64,000 nucleotides of DNA from Candidatus Babeliales bacterium (lineage in GTDB: Bacteria > Babelota > Babeliae > Babelales > JANWKD01). Below the pieces are notes generated by a model. That model saw nothing but the letters and a program-made list of their open reading frames with translations, was not told the DNA's origin and made no database searches. The DNA is taken from the NCBI GenBank assembly GCA_963722075.1, contig CAVRJM010000001.1, positions 416,001-480,000 on the forward strand. Reading direction: 5' to 3'. This document shows, piece after piece, positions 28,420-38,435 of this stretch. A program made the translations under genes and the position numbers. How positions within the stretch are numbered: the first letter of the stretch is position 1; each line of letters opens with the position of its first letter.

Positions 28420-30567
28420 ATGAAATATAAATCAACTATTTTAGTAATGTTCTTAACGCTTATCATTAATGGCTTAATTATTCACCATAGTTATGCACAA
28501 CCGACCGGACCAAGCGGTCCCGCTCAAAACAAACCCGCCGGACCTGGTGGTAAGCCTGCATTGCCTCCTGGAATGTCTGAAGAAGAATTGAAAATGTTTA
28601 CTGAATTCATTGATAGTTTAGATCAAGAAACTATTGATGCTCTTACTGCAATTGGCGAAGAAATTATTAAAGAAGCGGATGAATTAGGTATCGATCCTTT
28701 TGAATATATAGAGTTACAAGCAAAAATGCAGCAAGATTTTGAAGAACAGCAAAAGAAAAAACCAAGCGGTCCTCAACCAGAGAAAGCAAAAGTAGAAAAA
28801 CCTGTTTCAACCACCGTTGCACCACTTGCAGAAGCACAAACAGCACAAGATGTGTTTGCTGGCATTGCCAAAATCATTCCAATTATTATGCAAAAAACAG
28901 TATCAGATATTAATTTATCTAATGACATACTGCCATTCAAATATCGATTAGACGACTTAGTATTTTACTTTACTAAATTATCTGACCAAAAAATGCTTAA
29001 ATATTTAAATGATCCAAGCTTTGCGCCATTAATTGATAATGCTAAGAAGCTGTATAAAGAACTTATGCAATTAAATGAGCAATTTGCTCCTGCTGAATTT
29101 AGTTTAGAAGGGGAAGATGCTTATGAAATATTAAATGTGTCTCGTTCCGCAACACCAAATGAAATCGTACAGGCTTATGACAAAATAACCAAAATAACTG
29201 ATCCTGATACCCTTGAATTACAGCTTATTAAAGATGGAAAATCGGATCAGGATATTAAAACAGAAGTGGAAAAAGCAAAAAAAATATTTGATTCAATTAA
29301 CCGTGCTTATGATACACTACGCGCAAAAGAAGAATCAAAATATCTTCTTGATAGGATGCTTGATGCAATCAGTAATGCAATCGATACTAATAAGGTTATC
29401 GAGCAAGCGCGGACCGTTTTACAAAAATACGAACCAGAAGCACTTAAACTCAAACAAGAACAAGAAAAAGTAGAAGCTGAGGCGCGTAAAAAACAAGAAG
29501 CATTTATCAAAAAACGCGCTATTACTACTCGCGCTTTTGCAATGCCACCTGCTTCTAAAAAGTTTAAAAAAGGTTTTAAAGAAGAAGGATTTGGCGGCGG
29601 TGCGGGAGGCGGATATGATTACGGATTTGGCGGCGGTGGCGGCGCTCCAACTACTGAACGAATGAAGCCTTCCTATGGCGGTGGATTTAAGCCAACCACA
29701 AAACCATCTGGTGGGAAATATGGCGAAGAAGATAAGAAAAAAAAGAAAGAGGAAAAAGAAGAAAAAAAAGAGAAGAAGATAAAAGGCGAAAAAGAAGGCG
29801 CTGCAAAAGGTAAAGGGAAAGCTGAAAAAGAATCTAAGGACGTTTTAGTTGCCACCGGTTCCTTAAAAGAGAAGCTTAGCGATTTAAAAGAGTTCATAAA
29901 AAATAATGGGCTTGTTAAAGGAGCCGCTATTGTACAGCCGGGCCATGTTATTAATGAAGGTGAAGGATTGATGCATTTTCTTACTACACCATACCCGGCA
30001 GGAGCTGACGCGGCAGCAACTGCTAAGATAAAAAGTGATCAGGATGCACTGCTTATTGCCTTTATAGTTGACCTCACTAAAAAATATAATGATATTGCAA
30101 AGTTCGTTAAAAAGACTTTAGATGAAACATTAACTAAACGAGATGACCAGAAGAAGTTTAAAGAAGAAGCTCAAAAGGCATATAAGAAGTTTGAAGATTC
30201 TGATGAATTTAAATCAATTAATATTTTAGTAAAAAAAGCTTCTGATAGGCCAGGCGATTTTCTAACACAAACAAATCCCGCAAACATAGACCCAGCAAAA
30301 AGAACATTGGTGTTAAACACAACTGGGCAACCATGTACTGAAGGCGAAGAGAATCCCGAGCCGCTTATTAAATGTTTACGTACAGCTTATAAGAAGTTTC
30401 GTGATTTAATTGGCTATAAAGAAGAAGGCGCACCGGGATCTGTTCCCGTTCGTCCTGCAGGGCCCGCACCAATTAATATAGTGCCACAGCAACCAATTGG
30501 TAATCAACAACAAGCAGCTAATAATCGCCCGGTATTACCTTCTACCATACCGATTATTCCAAATTAA
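28420..30567 (+). CDS. Secreted protein with an atypical J-domain and low-complexity segments
   Basis: Signal peptide; DAYEILNVSRSAT...DPD...FDSINRAYDTL; Gly-rich, K/E-rich and Pro-rich tracts. Confidence 0.72.
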   Translation: MKYKSTILVMFLTLIINGLIIHHSYAQPTGPSGPAQNKPAGPGGKPALPPGMSEEELKMFTEFIDSLDQETIDALTAIGEEIIKEADELGIDPFEYIELQAKMQQDFEEQQKKKPSGPQPEKAKVEKPVSTTVAPLAEAQTAQDVFAGIAKIIPIIMQKTVSDINLSNDILPFKYRLDDLVFYFTKLSDQKMLKYLNDPSFAPLIDNAKKLYKELMQLNEQFAPAEFSLEGEDAYEILNVSRSATPNEIVQAYDKITKITDPDTLELQLIKDGKSDQDIKTEVEKAKKIFDSINRAYDTLRAKEESKYLLDRMLDAISNAIDTNKVIEQARTVLQKYEPEALKLKQEQEKVEAEARKKQEAFIKKRAITTRAFAMPPASKKFKKGFKEEGFGGGAGGGYDYGFGGGGGAPTTERMKPSYGGGFKPTTKPSGGKYGEEDKKKKKEEKEEKKEKKIKGEKEGAAKGKGKAEKESKDVLVATGSLKEKLSDLKEFIKNNGLVKGAAIVQPGHVINEGEGLMHFLTTPYPAGADAAATAKIKSDQDALLIAFIVDLTKKYNDIAKFVKKTLDETLTKRDDQKKFKEEAQKAYKKFEDSDEFKSINILVKKASDRPGDFLTQTNPANIDPAKRTLVLNTTGQPCTEGEENPEPLIKCLRTAYKKFRDLIGYKEEGAPGSVPVRPAGPAPINIVPQQPIGNQQQAANNRPVLPSTIPIIPN

Positions 30568-30587
30568 GATTCGTTAGATTAATAGAA

Positions 30588-30630
30588 AACAAAAGAGGCG
30601 CGCTGTAAAACACAGCGCGCCTCTTTTGTT
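30588..30630. terminator. Bidirectional Rho-independent terminator
   Basis: 19-bp perfect inverted repeat AACAAAAGAGGCGCGCTGT/ACAGCGCGCCTCTTTTGTT between convergent genes. Confidence 0.88.
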
Positions 30631-30658
30631 AATATGAAAAGATTGATTCCCAATTAAA

Positions 30659-33586
30659 CTAATTTCTAACAATTGCAGCACAGCGCTTACATAATCCATC
30701 AGGATCCTGCGTAATTTCCCATTGCCAGCAACGGGGACACTTAGTCCCTTGCGCATGTTCTACGCGTGCATATAACCCAGGATGTTCTGTTTCTTTTAAA
30801 TCATCCATCGGATCAGCTACCGGAGTAATTTGTGAGACGATCATAAATTCTTTTAAGAACTGCCCAAATGTTTGCCCAGATTTTTGTAAGTCTGCAATAA
30901 ATGCCTCCAACAATTTTTTTTCTTGGGTAGGCAAATCCAGGTAGAATATGATATGTGCCTCAAGGCTATGCTTAATAATCCCCTGCTCTCGTTGCAATTC
31001 AATTGCCTTGAGTAATGCAGAACGGATTGCTAATAACAACTGCCATTGTTGCTTACGTAATGAAACAAAGCTTAAGGCCGCAATAGAGTTTAAGGTATGG
31101 TGCTGCATATGGAAATGCCACGGCACGAATTCCCATTGTTCCCGTTCAGAACGCACTTTTAATGATTGCCACACGGATTCTAATTCATTAAATGATTGTA
31201 AATGAATTGATTCTTTTTTATCAGGTTGATAATGATCAGCTATTTGTTCAGCAGTGAAAGAAAGTATCGGGGCCATTAATTTTGTTACGGTATCCAATAT
31301 GAGCCAACATGCTGTTTGTGCTGATCGCCGTTCATGGCCATCTGCCCTATCGGCATATAAACGGTCTTTAATAATATCAAGATAGCGCGCACTTAAGGTG
31401 ACGGTACAATAATCGCTGAGCGTGTGATATACGGAAGTAAAATCATTAGTTATGTAATAATATTGGATGGTTGAACTAATCTCATACAATTCCTCTAATG
31501 CATATTGATCAATAATCAACATGTTTTCTACTGGTATAGCATCACGCTCAAAAGAAAAATCGTAGAGGTTAGCAAGCAAAAAGCGGCACGTATTGCGAAT
31601 TTTTTGAAACACCTGGCTTACATTATTTAATAATACATCAGAAACAACCGGATCATTTGATAAGGTAATACTGGATGCCCATAAGCGTACCGTATCAGTA
31701 CCATATTTTTTAATAAGTTCCGCTGGCTCTACCACGTTGCCCAGTGATTTGGACATTTTTTGACCCTGCTCATCAACAATAAAGCGATGCGTCAAAAAAG
31801 TACGGGCACATGGCTTTTTTTCAAGCACTAAACTGGTCAATAAGGAGCTTTGGAACCAGCCGCGATGCTGATCAAGCCCTTCAAGATACAAATCTGCAGG
31901 GTATCCTAGATCAGGATTTTTATATAATACCGCAAAATGGCTTATTCCCGAATCAAACCATACATCAAGAATATCTTTTTCTTTAACAAATGAACGCGCC
32001 TTACATTGTGGGCACGCAGGATCAATCTCTAGTGCTTCTATTGAAACGGTATCCCAATATTCTACCCCTTCTTGTTCAACACCACGGGCAACTTTCTCAA
32101 TTAATTCGGAACTGGTGTATACATAATTGCAATTTTTGCATAATAACCCAGGAATTGGAACGCCCCACGCGCGTTGCCGAGAAAGGCACCATTCCAAGCG
32201 CCCTGAAATCGTTGCTTTCAAATAGTTATTTGATTTTTCAGGCAAGAAGGCAATAGTTTCAATCGCTTCAAGCGCATGCTCTTTAAGATTGTTATGTTCA
32301 AGATCACAAAACCATTGATTGGTGGCACGGAATATGAGGCCGTTATGGCAACGCCAGCAATGCGGATACGAGTGGCGTATAGTATTTTTAAAGAATAATG
32401 AGCCATTGTGTGCCGCTTTTTTAATGACCCAAATTTGACCGTCGGTAACGCTCATACCCTGGAGCTCTTCCGGGTCAATGCCAACAGTATATTTCCCATC
32501 GGGGCTTATGGGAGAAAAAATTTCTAAATTATGTTTAAGGGCAATTTCATAGTCGATTGGCCCGCAACCAGGTGCGCAATGGACGGCTGCTGTTCCATCT
32601 TCTAATCCAACAGAATGATCCAAAATCACCGGTACGGTTAATGATTCAATAAAAGGATGCCGCACGTTACTATTTTCCAACAACGCAGAATTGAGCACTG
32701 CTACCACCTTTTTAGGGGTTTCTTTAAGATTGCAGATGGTATCAGATAATGCTGAGGCGACAATAATATATTCGTCATTAAAATCTAATACATCATATTC
32801 TGTATCGGGTTTAAGTATAACGGCGCGATTAAGAGGCAGTGTCCAGGGGGTCGTTGTCCATACTAATATGCTTACTGGTTTACCTTGACAGATAGGTAGT
32901 AGCCGGTGAACGTCTTTTGGTTCGAGATTAAATCGTATATATATTGAAGGATCTTTACGTTCCTTATATTCAATTTCAGCGCTCGCAAGTACGGTTTGGT
33001 CATACATACACCAAGGAACTGTTTTATTTTTTCTTTCAATATATCCTTCCTTAAATAGAATACCAAAGGAACGTATAATGGTTGCTTCGTAATCATAATT
33101 CATGGTTAGGTAGGGTTTATCCCAATGCATTAATACCCCTAGCCTTTTAAATTCTTCTTTTTGAATTTCTATCCATTTAGAAGCATACAGCCGGCATTGT
33201 TTTTTAATTGATTCCGGCGCAAGATCGGGAAATTCTTTTACTACTTTTAATTCAATAGGGAGTCCATGGCAATCCCATCCGGGTATTACGGGAACGTATT
33301 TACCAAACATTCGTTGTGATTTACATACGATGTCTTTTAATATTTTGTTATATGCCCCTCCCAAATGGACATGGCCATTTGCATAGGGTGGGCCGTCATG
33401 GAAAATAAAGGAAGGTTTCCCTTTATTATGGGTAAAGGTTTTATTATAAAGGTCATCGTCTTGCCATCGTTTTAAAATAATCGGGTCTTCTTGCCCAGCG
33501 TTTGCACGGATAGGAAAATCGGTGCGCGGTAAATTAAGTGTATCTTTAAAACTTTTTTGTGTTTTTACATCGCTTTGCGCTGCCAT
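30659..33586 (-). CDS. ileS: Isoleucyl-tRNA synthetase (type 1)
   Basis: DGPPYANG, PGWDCHGLPIE, WTTTPWTLP, KMSKS, C-terminal KCPRCW Zn finger. Confidence 0.97.
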   Translation of the reverse strand: MAAQSDVKTQKSFKDTLNLPRTDFPIRANAGQEDPIILKRWQDDDLYNKTFTHNKGKPSFIFHDGPPYANGHVHLGGAYNKILKDIVCKSQRMFGKYVPVIPGWDCHGLPIELKVVKEFPDLAPESIKKQCRLYASKWIEIQKEEFKRLGVLMHWDKPYLTMNYDYEATIIRSFGILFKEGYIERKNKTVPWCMYDQTVLASAEIEYKERKDPSIYIRFNLEPKDVHRLLPICQGKPVSILVWTTTPWTLPLNRAVILKPDTEYDVLDFNDEYIIVASALSDTICNLKETPKKVVAVLNSALLENSNVRHPFIESLTVPVILDHSVGLEDGTAAVHCAPGCGPIDYEIALKHNLEIFSPISPDGKYTVGIDPEELQGMSVTDGQIWVIKKAAHNGSLFFKNTIRHSYPHCWRCHNGLIFRATNQWFCDLEHNNLKEHALEAIETIAFLPEKSNNYLKATISGRLEWCLSRQRAWGVPIPGLLCKNCNYVYTSSELIEKVARGVEQEGVEYWDTVSIEALEIDPACPQCKARSFVKEKDILDVWFDSGISHFAVLYKNPDLGYPADLYLEGLDQHRGWFQSSLLTSLVLEKKPCARTFLTHRFIVDEQGQKMSKSLGNVVEPAELIKKYGTDTVRLWASSITLSNDPVVSDVLLNNVSQVFQKIRNTCRFLLANLYDFSFERDAIPVENMLIIDQYALEELYEISSTIQYYYITNDFTSVYHTLSDYCTVTLSARYLDIIKDRLYADRADGHERRSAQTACWLILDTVTKLMAPILSFTAEQIADHYQPDKKESIHLQSFNELESVWQSLKVRSEREQWEFVPWHFHMQHHTLNSIAALSFVSLRKQQWQLLLAIRSALLKAIELQREQGIIKHSLEAHIIFYLDLPTQEKKLLEAFIADLQKSGQTFGQFLKEFMIVSQITPVADPMDDLKETEHPGLYARVEHAQGTKCPRCWQWEITQDPDGLCKRCAAIVRN

Positions 33587-33697
33587 AAAAAACCCTTATA
33601 ATAATCCTTAATAAAATACATAATAAATAATACTTATTAGTATATCACAGCTCCTTCAAAACATAAAAATTAACGTAACTTACGCAGCGGTACAAAA

Positions 33698-33757
33698 AGA
33701 ATAGAGTAAAACTAAATTCTATTTATAATGTAGATAGATTTAGTTTTACTCTATTCT
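33698..33757. repeat. 20-bp perfect inverted repeat in the divergent ileS/murD intergenic region
   Basis: AGAATAGAGTAAAACTAAAT ... ATTTAGTTTTACTCTATTCT. Confidence 0.75.
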
Positions 33758-33826
33758 AAGTTCTGTATAATAAGTTTAGAAAGCTATGGGAATATTTACA
33801 TATATATAAAATTATCAGAAAAAACT

Positions 33827-35164
33827 ATGAGTTTTATCAATAAAAAAATAGGCATATGGGGATTTGGCGTTGTCGGCAAAGCCGCCCTTAAATTCTTTAG
33901 TAACTATACTGCCAATCTTACCATAATGGATAAAAAAGAATTATCAGATGAGGATCTGATACTACTAAAACGCTATAAAGCGCACGTTATCCCCGAGACT
34001 AACAACTCAGATTTTTTCATTGATAACGATCTCATCATCCCAAGCCCGGGTATAAATACCCAGCCATACCATGCATATCGCCATAAATTTATTACCGAAC
34101 TCGATATTATACAGCAGCTATTTACCAAACCAATAGTGGCAATTACGGGCACCGTAGGAAAAACATCCATTACTCATATATTGTCTACTCTCATAGCGCA
34201 CCATATGCCCATAGTAACTGGTGGCAATATTGGCGTGGGAATGCTTGAACTCATAGAAAAACAAGATGAATGCTCAATGATGTTCCTAGAAGTCTCCAGC
34301 TTTCAATTAGAACATTGCACGTGCTTTGCTCCGCAGTTGGCAATTTGGACCAATTTTTATCCAAATCATTTGGATAGACATCAATCATTGGAAGAATATT
34401 TTAAGGCAAAAGCTACTATAATTGCTCATCAAAATGAATCGCAAAGTGCCCTGATACCCATAGAGCTTGCATCACACGTAAATAATATGCATTACAAATC
34501 GCGCATTCATTTTTTTTCACCAGAAAAACCAACGGATACTCTTTTACATACTATGCCAGCAATGAGCATGATATTTTGGATCCAAGAAAATAATATTGTC
34601 TGTTTTTCAAAAAAAACAGTAAAAAAAATAGCACCATTGCATACCGAAGGGACTTTTTCTATAAACTGGCTCATTATCCAGGCAGCCTTATATATTCTTA
34701 ATTTACCACAACCAACAACAACTCAGATAACAATACCAGAACATCGCATAGAAAAGATTGAATCAGCAAACAACATAGAATTTTACAATGATTCCAAATC
34801 AACTATTATGGAATCAACCATTGCCGCCGTTAATAAATTACAATCAAAGCCTATTATTTTATTATTAGGAGGATTAAGCAAAGGTGCCGACCGCTCATCA
34901 AAAATTAAAGAACTACAACACAAAGTAACATATATAATAACCTTTGGTACCGAATCATCCCTACTCCATCATGCTGCTCAACAACATAATATTCCTTGCA
35001 TATCGGTAAATACCTTAGACCAAGCGGTGAACCACGCCTACTCAATTGCATGCCCCGGAGACCAAATTATATTATCACCCGGCGGATCGAGCTATGATCA
35101 ATTCACTGATTATAAAGCGCGTGGCGCACATTTCAAAAAAATCGTACAGACGCTCATTACATAA
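33827..35164 (+). CDS. murD: UDP-MurNAc-L-Ala:D-Glu ligase
   Basis: PSPGI, AITGTVGKT, GGNIG, LEVSSFQL, NHLDRH, NDSKST, LSPGGSSYDQF. Confidence 0.95.
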   Translation: MSFINKKIGIWGFGVVGKAALKFFSNYTANLTIMDKKELSDEDLILLKRYKAHVIPETNNSDFFIDNDLIIPSPGINTQPYHAYRHKFITELDIIQQLFTKPIVAITGTVGKTSITHILSTLIAHHMPIVTGGNIGVGMLELIEKQDECSMMFLEVSSFQLEHCTCFAPQLAIWTNFYPNHLDRHQSLEEYFKAKATIIAHQNESQSALIPIELASHVNNMHYKSRIHFFSPEKPTDTLLHTMPAMSMIFWIQENNIVCFSKKTVKKIAPLHTEGTFSINWLIIQAALYILNLPQPTTTQITIPEHRIEKIESANNIEFYNDSKSTIMESTIAAVNKLQSKPIILLLGGLSKGADRSSKIKELQHKVTYIITFGTESSLLHHAAQQHNIPCISVNTLDQAVNHAYSIACPGDQIILSPGGSSYDQFTDYKARGAHFKKIVQTLIT

Positions 35165-35234
35165 TTTTCATTAAATAATTACGCTAAAATTATCTACATC
35201 AACAGACTAAGATTACTTATTTAGCTTTCCATAT

Positions 35235-35313
35235 TGTCATCCTGAGCGCGTCCGACTTCGCCAAGGCTCCGATGGATTCTTACGATCTTGTAAAACAAGA
35301 TCTCAGAATGACA
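35235..35313. repeat. Palindromic repeat cluster D
   Basis: TGTCATCCTGAG...CTCAGAATGACA enclosing a partial TCCGACTTCGCCAAGGCT hairpin. Confidence 0.8.
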
Positions 35314-35427
35314 GCATTAACAATAACACTCGCATTATCAGACACAACCAATCTATTGATTATTTTTTTAATTATGATTTAAATTTAAAAGTACCATTGA
35401 AAATAATTTGATATGTAGGGACAAGTA

Positions 35428-37053
35428 ATGAAAAATAATATCAAAAGTCTCGTACTCATCTTATGCATGGTAATGCCAGTCTATCCGCTTGAACAAATTG
35501 CCATTGTATTTATTGTGGATCAACTTTCCTATAGTGCATTAAAAAAAGTACAACCGTTCCTACAAGGCGGTATAAAAGAATTATTAGATAACGGTGTGAT
35601 ATATACCGATGCGCATTTTAACCATGCACACACCTCAACCGGCCCGGGGCATGCAACATTAAATACCGGCGTTTATAACCATGGCATCATTGGCAATTAT
35701 TGGTACAACAAAGAAGGAAAAAAAATAGCATGCGATTATGATACGCCAGATAGGGCAGCTCAATTTTTATATGCGCATCCTAAAAAAGGAAAATCCCCCC
35801 GCAATCTTGCAACCGACGGCATTTCCGATCAGGTGATGCTTGCATCAACTACTATTGCACAAAATTTGGTGGCAGCAGTTTCTTTAAAAAGTCGTGCTGC
35901 CATATTTTCTGCAGGCAGATTAGGAAAAGCAGCATGGTTTGAAACTGAACTTGGTGCATTCACCTCAAGTAAGGCATATTTTCGTCACTTACCTTCGTGG
36001 ATTCAAGAATTTAATCAGATGAGTAATATGCAAAGTACCAATGCACTTTTTTGGAAGCCCATCTATTCTTTAGGCAGCGCCGCCTATGCCATGGCTAAAA
36101 GAGATTATAGTGCCGCTCGCTTACCCTCGATTATTAACAAAAAATTAACACACGAATTTTTTAAACAAGACAAACATAAAGAGCATCATCATCCGTATAA
36201 TTTTATTTCCTATAGCCCACAATCAAATAAATTATTACTTGATTTAGCTGAACAGTATTTAAAAAAAGCATTACCACAAAATCCGCATAAAATATTACTC
36301 TGGATCAGCATGAGCAGCCTTGATAAAATTGGTCATATATATGGGCCCGATAGCTTAGAATACATCGACACGATTTATCATATTGATACTTACTTACAAT
36401 CATTTATGAACCGTATCAAAAATAGTATTTCTCCAACCAAAATCACCTTCGCATTTACTGCCGATCATGGAAGTGCCCCATTGGTTGAACTGTTGCAAAA
36501 AGAGCAATTTACATTGGCATATCGATTATTTACTAACAAAATACAAGACGAATTAAATGATATATTGGAAGATCGATTTGGGGTGCCATCCAGCATTCAA
36601 GGAATAGATGGCTCTTCAATCTACTTAAATCATAAAAACCTAGAACCACTCACAACAGTGCAAAAAAGACGATTAATCGATGCAATTAAATCCCATATGC
36701 AAAAACAAGAAGGGGTAAAACAAGTATGGACGTACGAGGAATTAGAAAATCAAAATCCAGCTCCCACTGATATTGCTTCATTTTTTAAAAACCAATTATT
36801 TCCTGGGCGAACTGCTTCGATTTTATATCAAACACTCCCCTATACGTACATGACAACTGATAAAGTTGGTACCGGCCACGTTTCTTGTTATGATTATACA
36901 ACGCACGTGCCCCTTGTAATATACCAACCAGTACAAGAAAAGAGACGTACTATTAATAAGCGCGTATCAATGACACAATTTGCACCTACTATAGCAGAAA
37001 AATTATCGATAGATAAACCATCGGCGTGTTTAGATAATGTATTGCCAGAATAG
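35428..37053 (+). CDS. Alkaline phosphatase superfamily protein (PafA-like), secreted
   Basis: VDQ, TSTGPGHAT, GIIGN, SLKSRAA, DKIGHIYGP, TADHG, HVPL. Confidence 0.88.
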   Translation: MKNNIKSLVLILCMVMPVYPLEQIAIVFIVDQLSYSALKKVQPFLQGGIKELLDNGVIYTDAHFNHAHTSTGPGHATLNTGVYNHGIIGNYWYNKEGKKIACDYDTPDRAAQFLYAHPKKGKSPRNLATDGISDQVMLASTTIAQNLVAAVSLKSRAAIFSAGRLGKAAWFETELGAFTSSKAYFRHLPSWIQEFNQMSNMQSTNALFWKPIYSLGSAAYAMAKRDYSAARLPSIINKKLTHEFFKQDKHKEHHHPYNFISYSPQSNKLLLDLAEQYLKKALPQNPHKILLWISMSSLDKIGHIYGPDSLEYIDTIYHIDTYLQSFMNRIKNSISPTKITFAFTADHGSAPLVELLQKEQFTLAYRLFTNKIQDELNDILEDRFGVPSSIQGIDGSSIYLNHKNLEPLTTVQKRRLIDAIKSHMQKQEGVKQVWTYEELENQNPAPTDIASFFKNQLFPGRTASILYQTLPYTYMTTDKVGTGHVSCYDYTTHVPLVIYQPVQEKRRTINKRVSMTQFAPTIAEKLSIDKPSACLDNVLPE

Positions 37054-37150
37054 AAATTGACACGGCTTTTAGAAATATATTAATCTGGGTTTTGTTTTGC
37101 TCAGTTTGTAAGTACTAATTAAAGCATAAAAATATACACACTTAGAAAGA

Positions 37151-37292
37151 CGTCGTTGCGAGCTCGTCGAAGCAATCCAGATTAAAAATAGAATAATGAT
37201 GAATATTTATTAATGGATCACCACGCAAGCTCGTGATGACAATGCTACCCATGAATGTCATCATGAGGAGCGTAAGCGACGTGAGGATCCAG
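37151..37292. repeat. Palindromic repeat cluster E (three uninterrupted units)
   Basis: CGTCGTTGCGAGCTCGTCGAAGCAATCCAG; TGGATCACCACGCAAGCTCGTGATGACA; GTCATCATGAGGAGCGTAAGCGACGTGAGGATCCAG. Confidence 0.88.
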
Positions 37293-37314
37293 GTAAAAAA
37301 AGAAAAAAAACCAT

Positions 37315-38421
37315 ATGTTTTATGATCAAAAACAATTATATACCGACCTCAAAATCTTTCTTTCACTTATTACCTGCCTTATAATATTAGGCTTTCTGTT
37401 TATATATTCATCAAGCTCAGTATATGCATTAGAAAAATTCGGCACTGCCAGTTATTTTGTAAAAAAACAGTTCTTTGGATTTATACTCGGTATGGCAGGC
37501 TTATTAATAGCGCGTTACTTTCCACTTGATTTTATTAAAAGCTTATGCCCGCTATTTTTCGGGTCCTCATTATTGCTTACGCTTTTAACTTTAGTGCCCT
37601 TTTTTTCCGAACGTATTCATGGATCTCGCCGTTGGCTTTATTGCTATGGGTACAGCTTCCAACCGAGCGAATTATTAAAAATGGCACTCATTCTTTTTCT
37701 TGCCTATTTTTTATCAAAACAACAATCATATGGCTACTCATTTAAATATAGCTACCTTCCTTTTGTTTCGATTATTGCTTTAGTAGCAATAATTTTACTT
37801 AAGCAGCCTGATTTTGGCATGGCACTTACTATCTTAATAACATCATTTTTATTATTTTTTATTGTACAATTCAAAACAAAACATCTGGTTTTAACCGCAA
37901 CTACGTTGATACCCACCATTGGCGCATTGATATATTTACAACCATACCGCTGGCAACGAGTCCTGACCTTTTTAAATCCGTGGAATGATCCAAAAGGTGC
38001 TGGGTTTCAAATTATTCAATCATTGATTGCAATCGGATCTGGCAGCTTACTGGGTATTGGAATTTCTCATTCAAAGCAAAAATTTTTCTATTTGCCCATG
38101 CAGCACACAGATTTCATCTTTTCCATTATTGCTGAAGAAACGGGATTTGCTGGATCGCTCGTTATTATTACCCTTTATTTTCTTTTTTTATATTTTGGTA
38201 TGCGTATAGCTTGGCAATTACGGGATAATTTCTCTTCATTAGTTACCTTGGGATTTGTTATTCTTATCACCTTACAAACCACTATAAATCTTGCTGTTAC
38301 TACCGGAATGGTTCCCACTAAAGGTATAGGGCTTCCCTTTGTCAGTTATGGAATTTCAGCACTATTATGTAATTTATGCATGGTAGGGCTTATTATCAAT
38401 TGCGTATCAGAAAATAGGTGA
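37315..38421 (+). CDS. ftsW: SEDS peptidoglycan glycosyltransferase FtsW
   Basis: GSRRW, FQPSE, QPDFG, GFQIIQS, QKFFYLP, HTDFIF, PTKGIGLPFVSYG. Confidence 0.93.
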   Translation: MFYDQKQLYTDLKIFLSLITCLIILGFLFIYSSSSVYALEKFGTASYFVKKQFFGFILGMAGLLIARYFPLDFIKSLCPLFFGSSLLLTLLTLVPFFSERIHGSRRWLYCYGYSFQPSELLKMALILFLAYFLSKQQSYGYSFKYSYLPFVSIIALVAIILLKQPDFGMALTILITSFLLFFIVQFKTKHLVLTATTLIPTIGALIYLQPYRWQRVLTFLNPWNDPKGAGFQIIQSLIAIGSGSLLGIGISHSKQKFFYLPMQHTDFIFSIIAEETGFAGSLVIITLYFLFLYFGMRIAWQLRDNFSSLVTLGFVILITLQTTINLAVTTGMVPTKGIGLPFVSYGISALLCNLCMVGLIINCVSENR

Positions 38422-38435
38422 CAACGCAGTTGTCA

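Noticed and set aside
33712..33735. Resemblance to a Cas12a repeat end (AATTCTA...TGTAGAT)
   Set aside because: Single imperfect copy inside an inverted repeat; no array.
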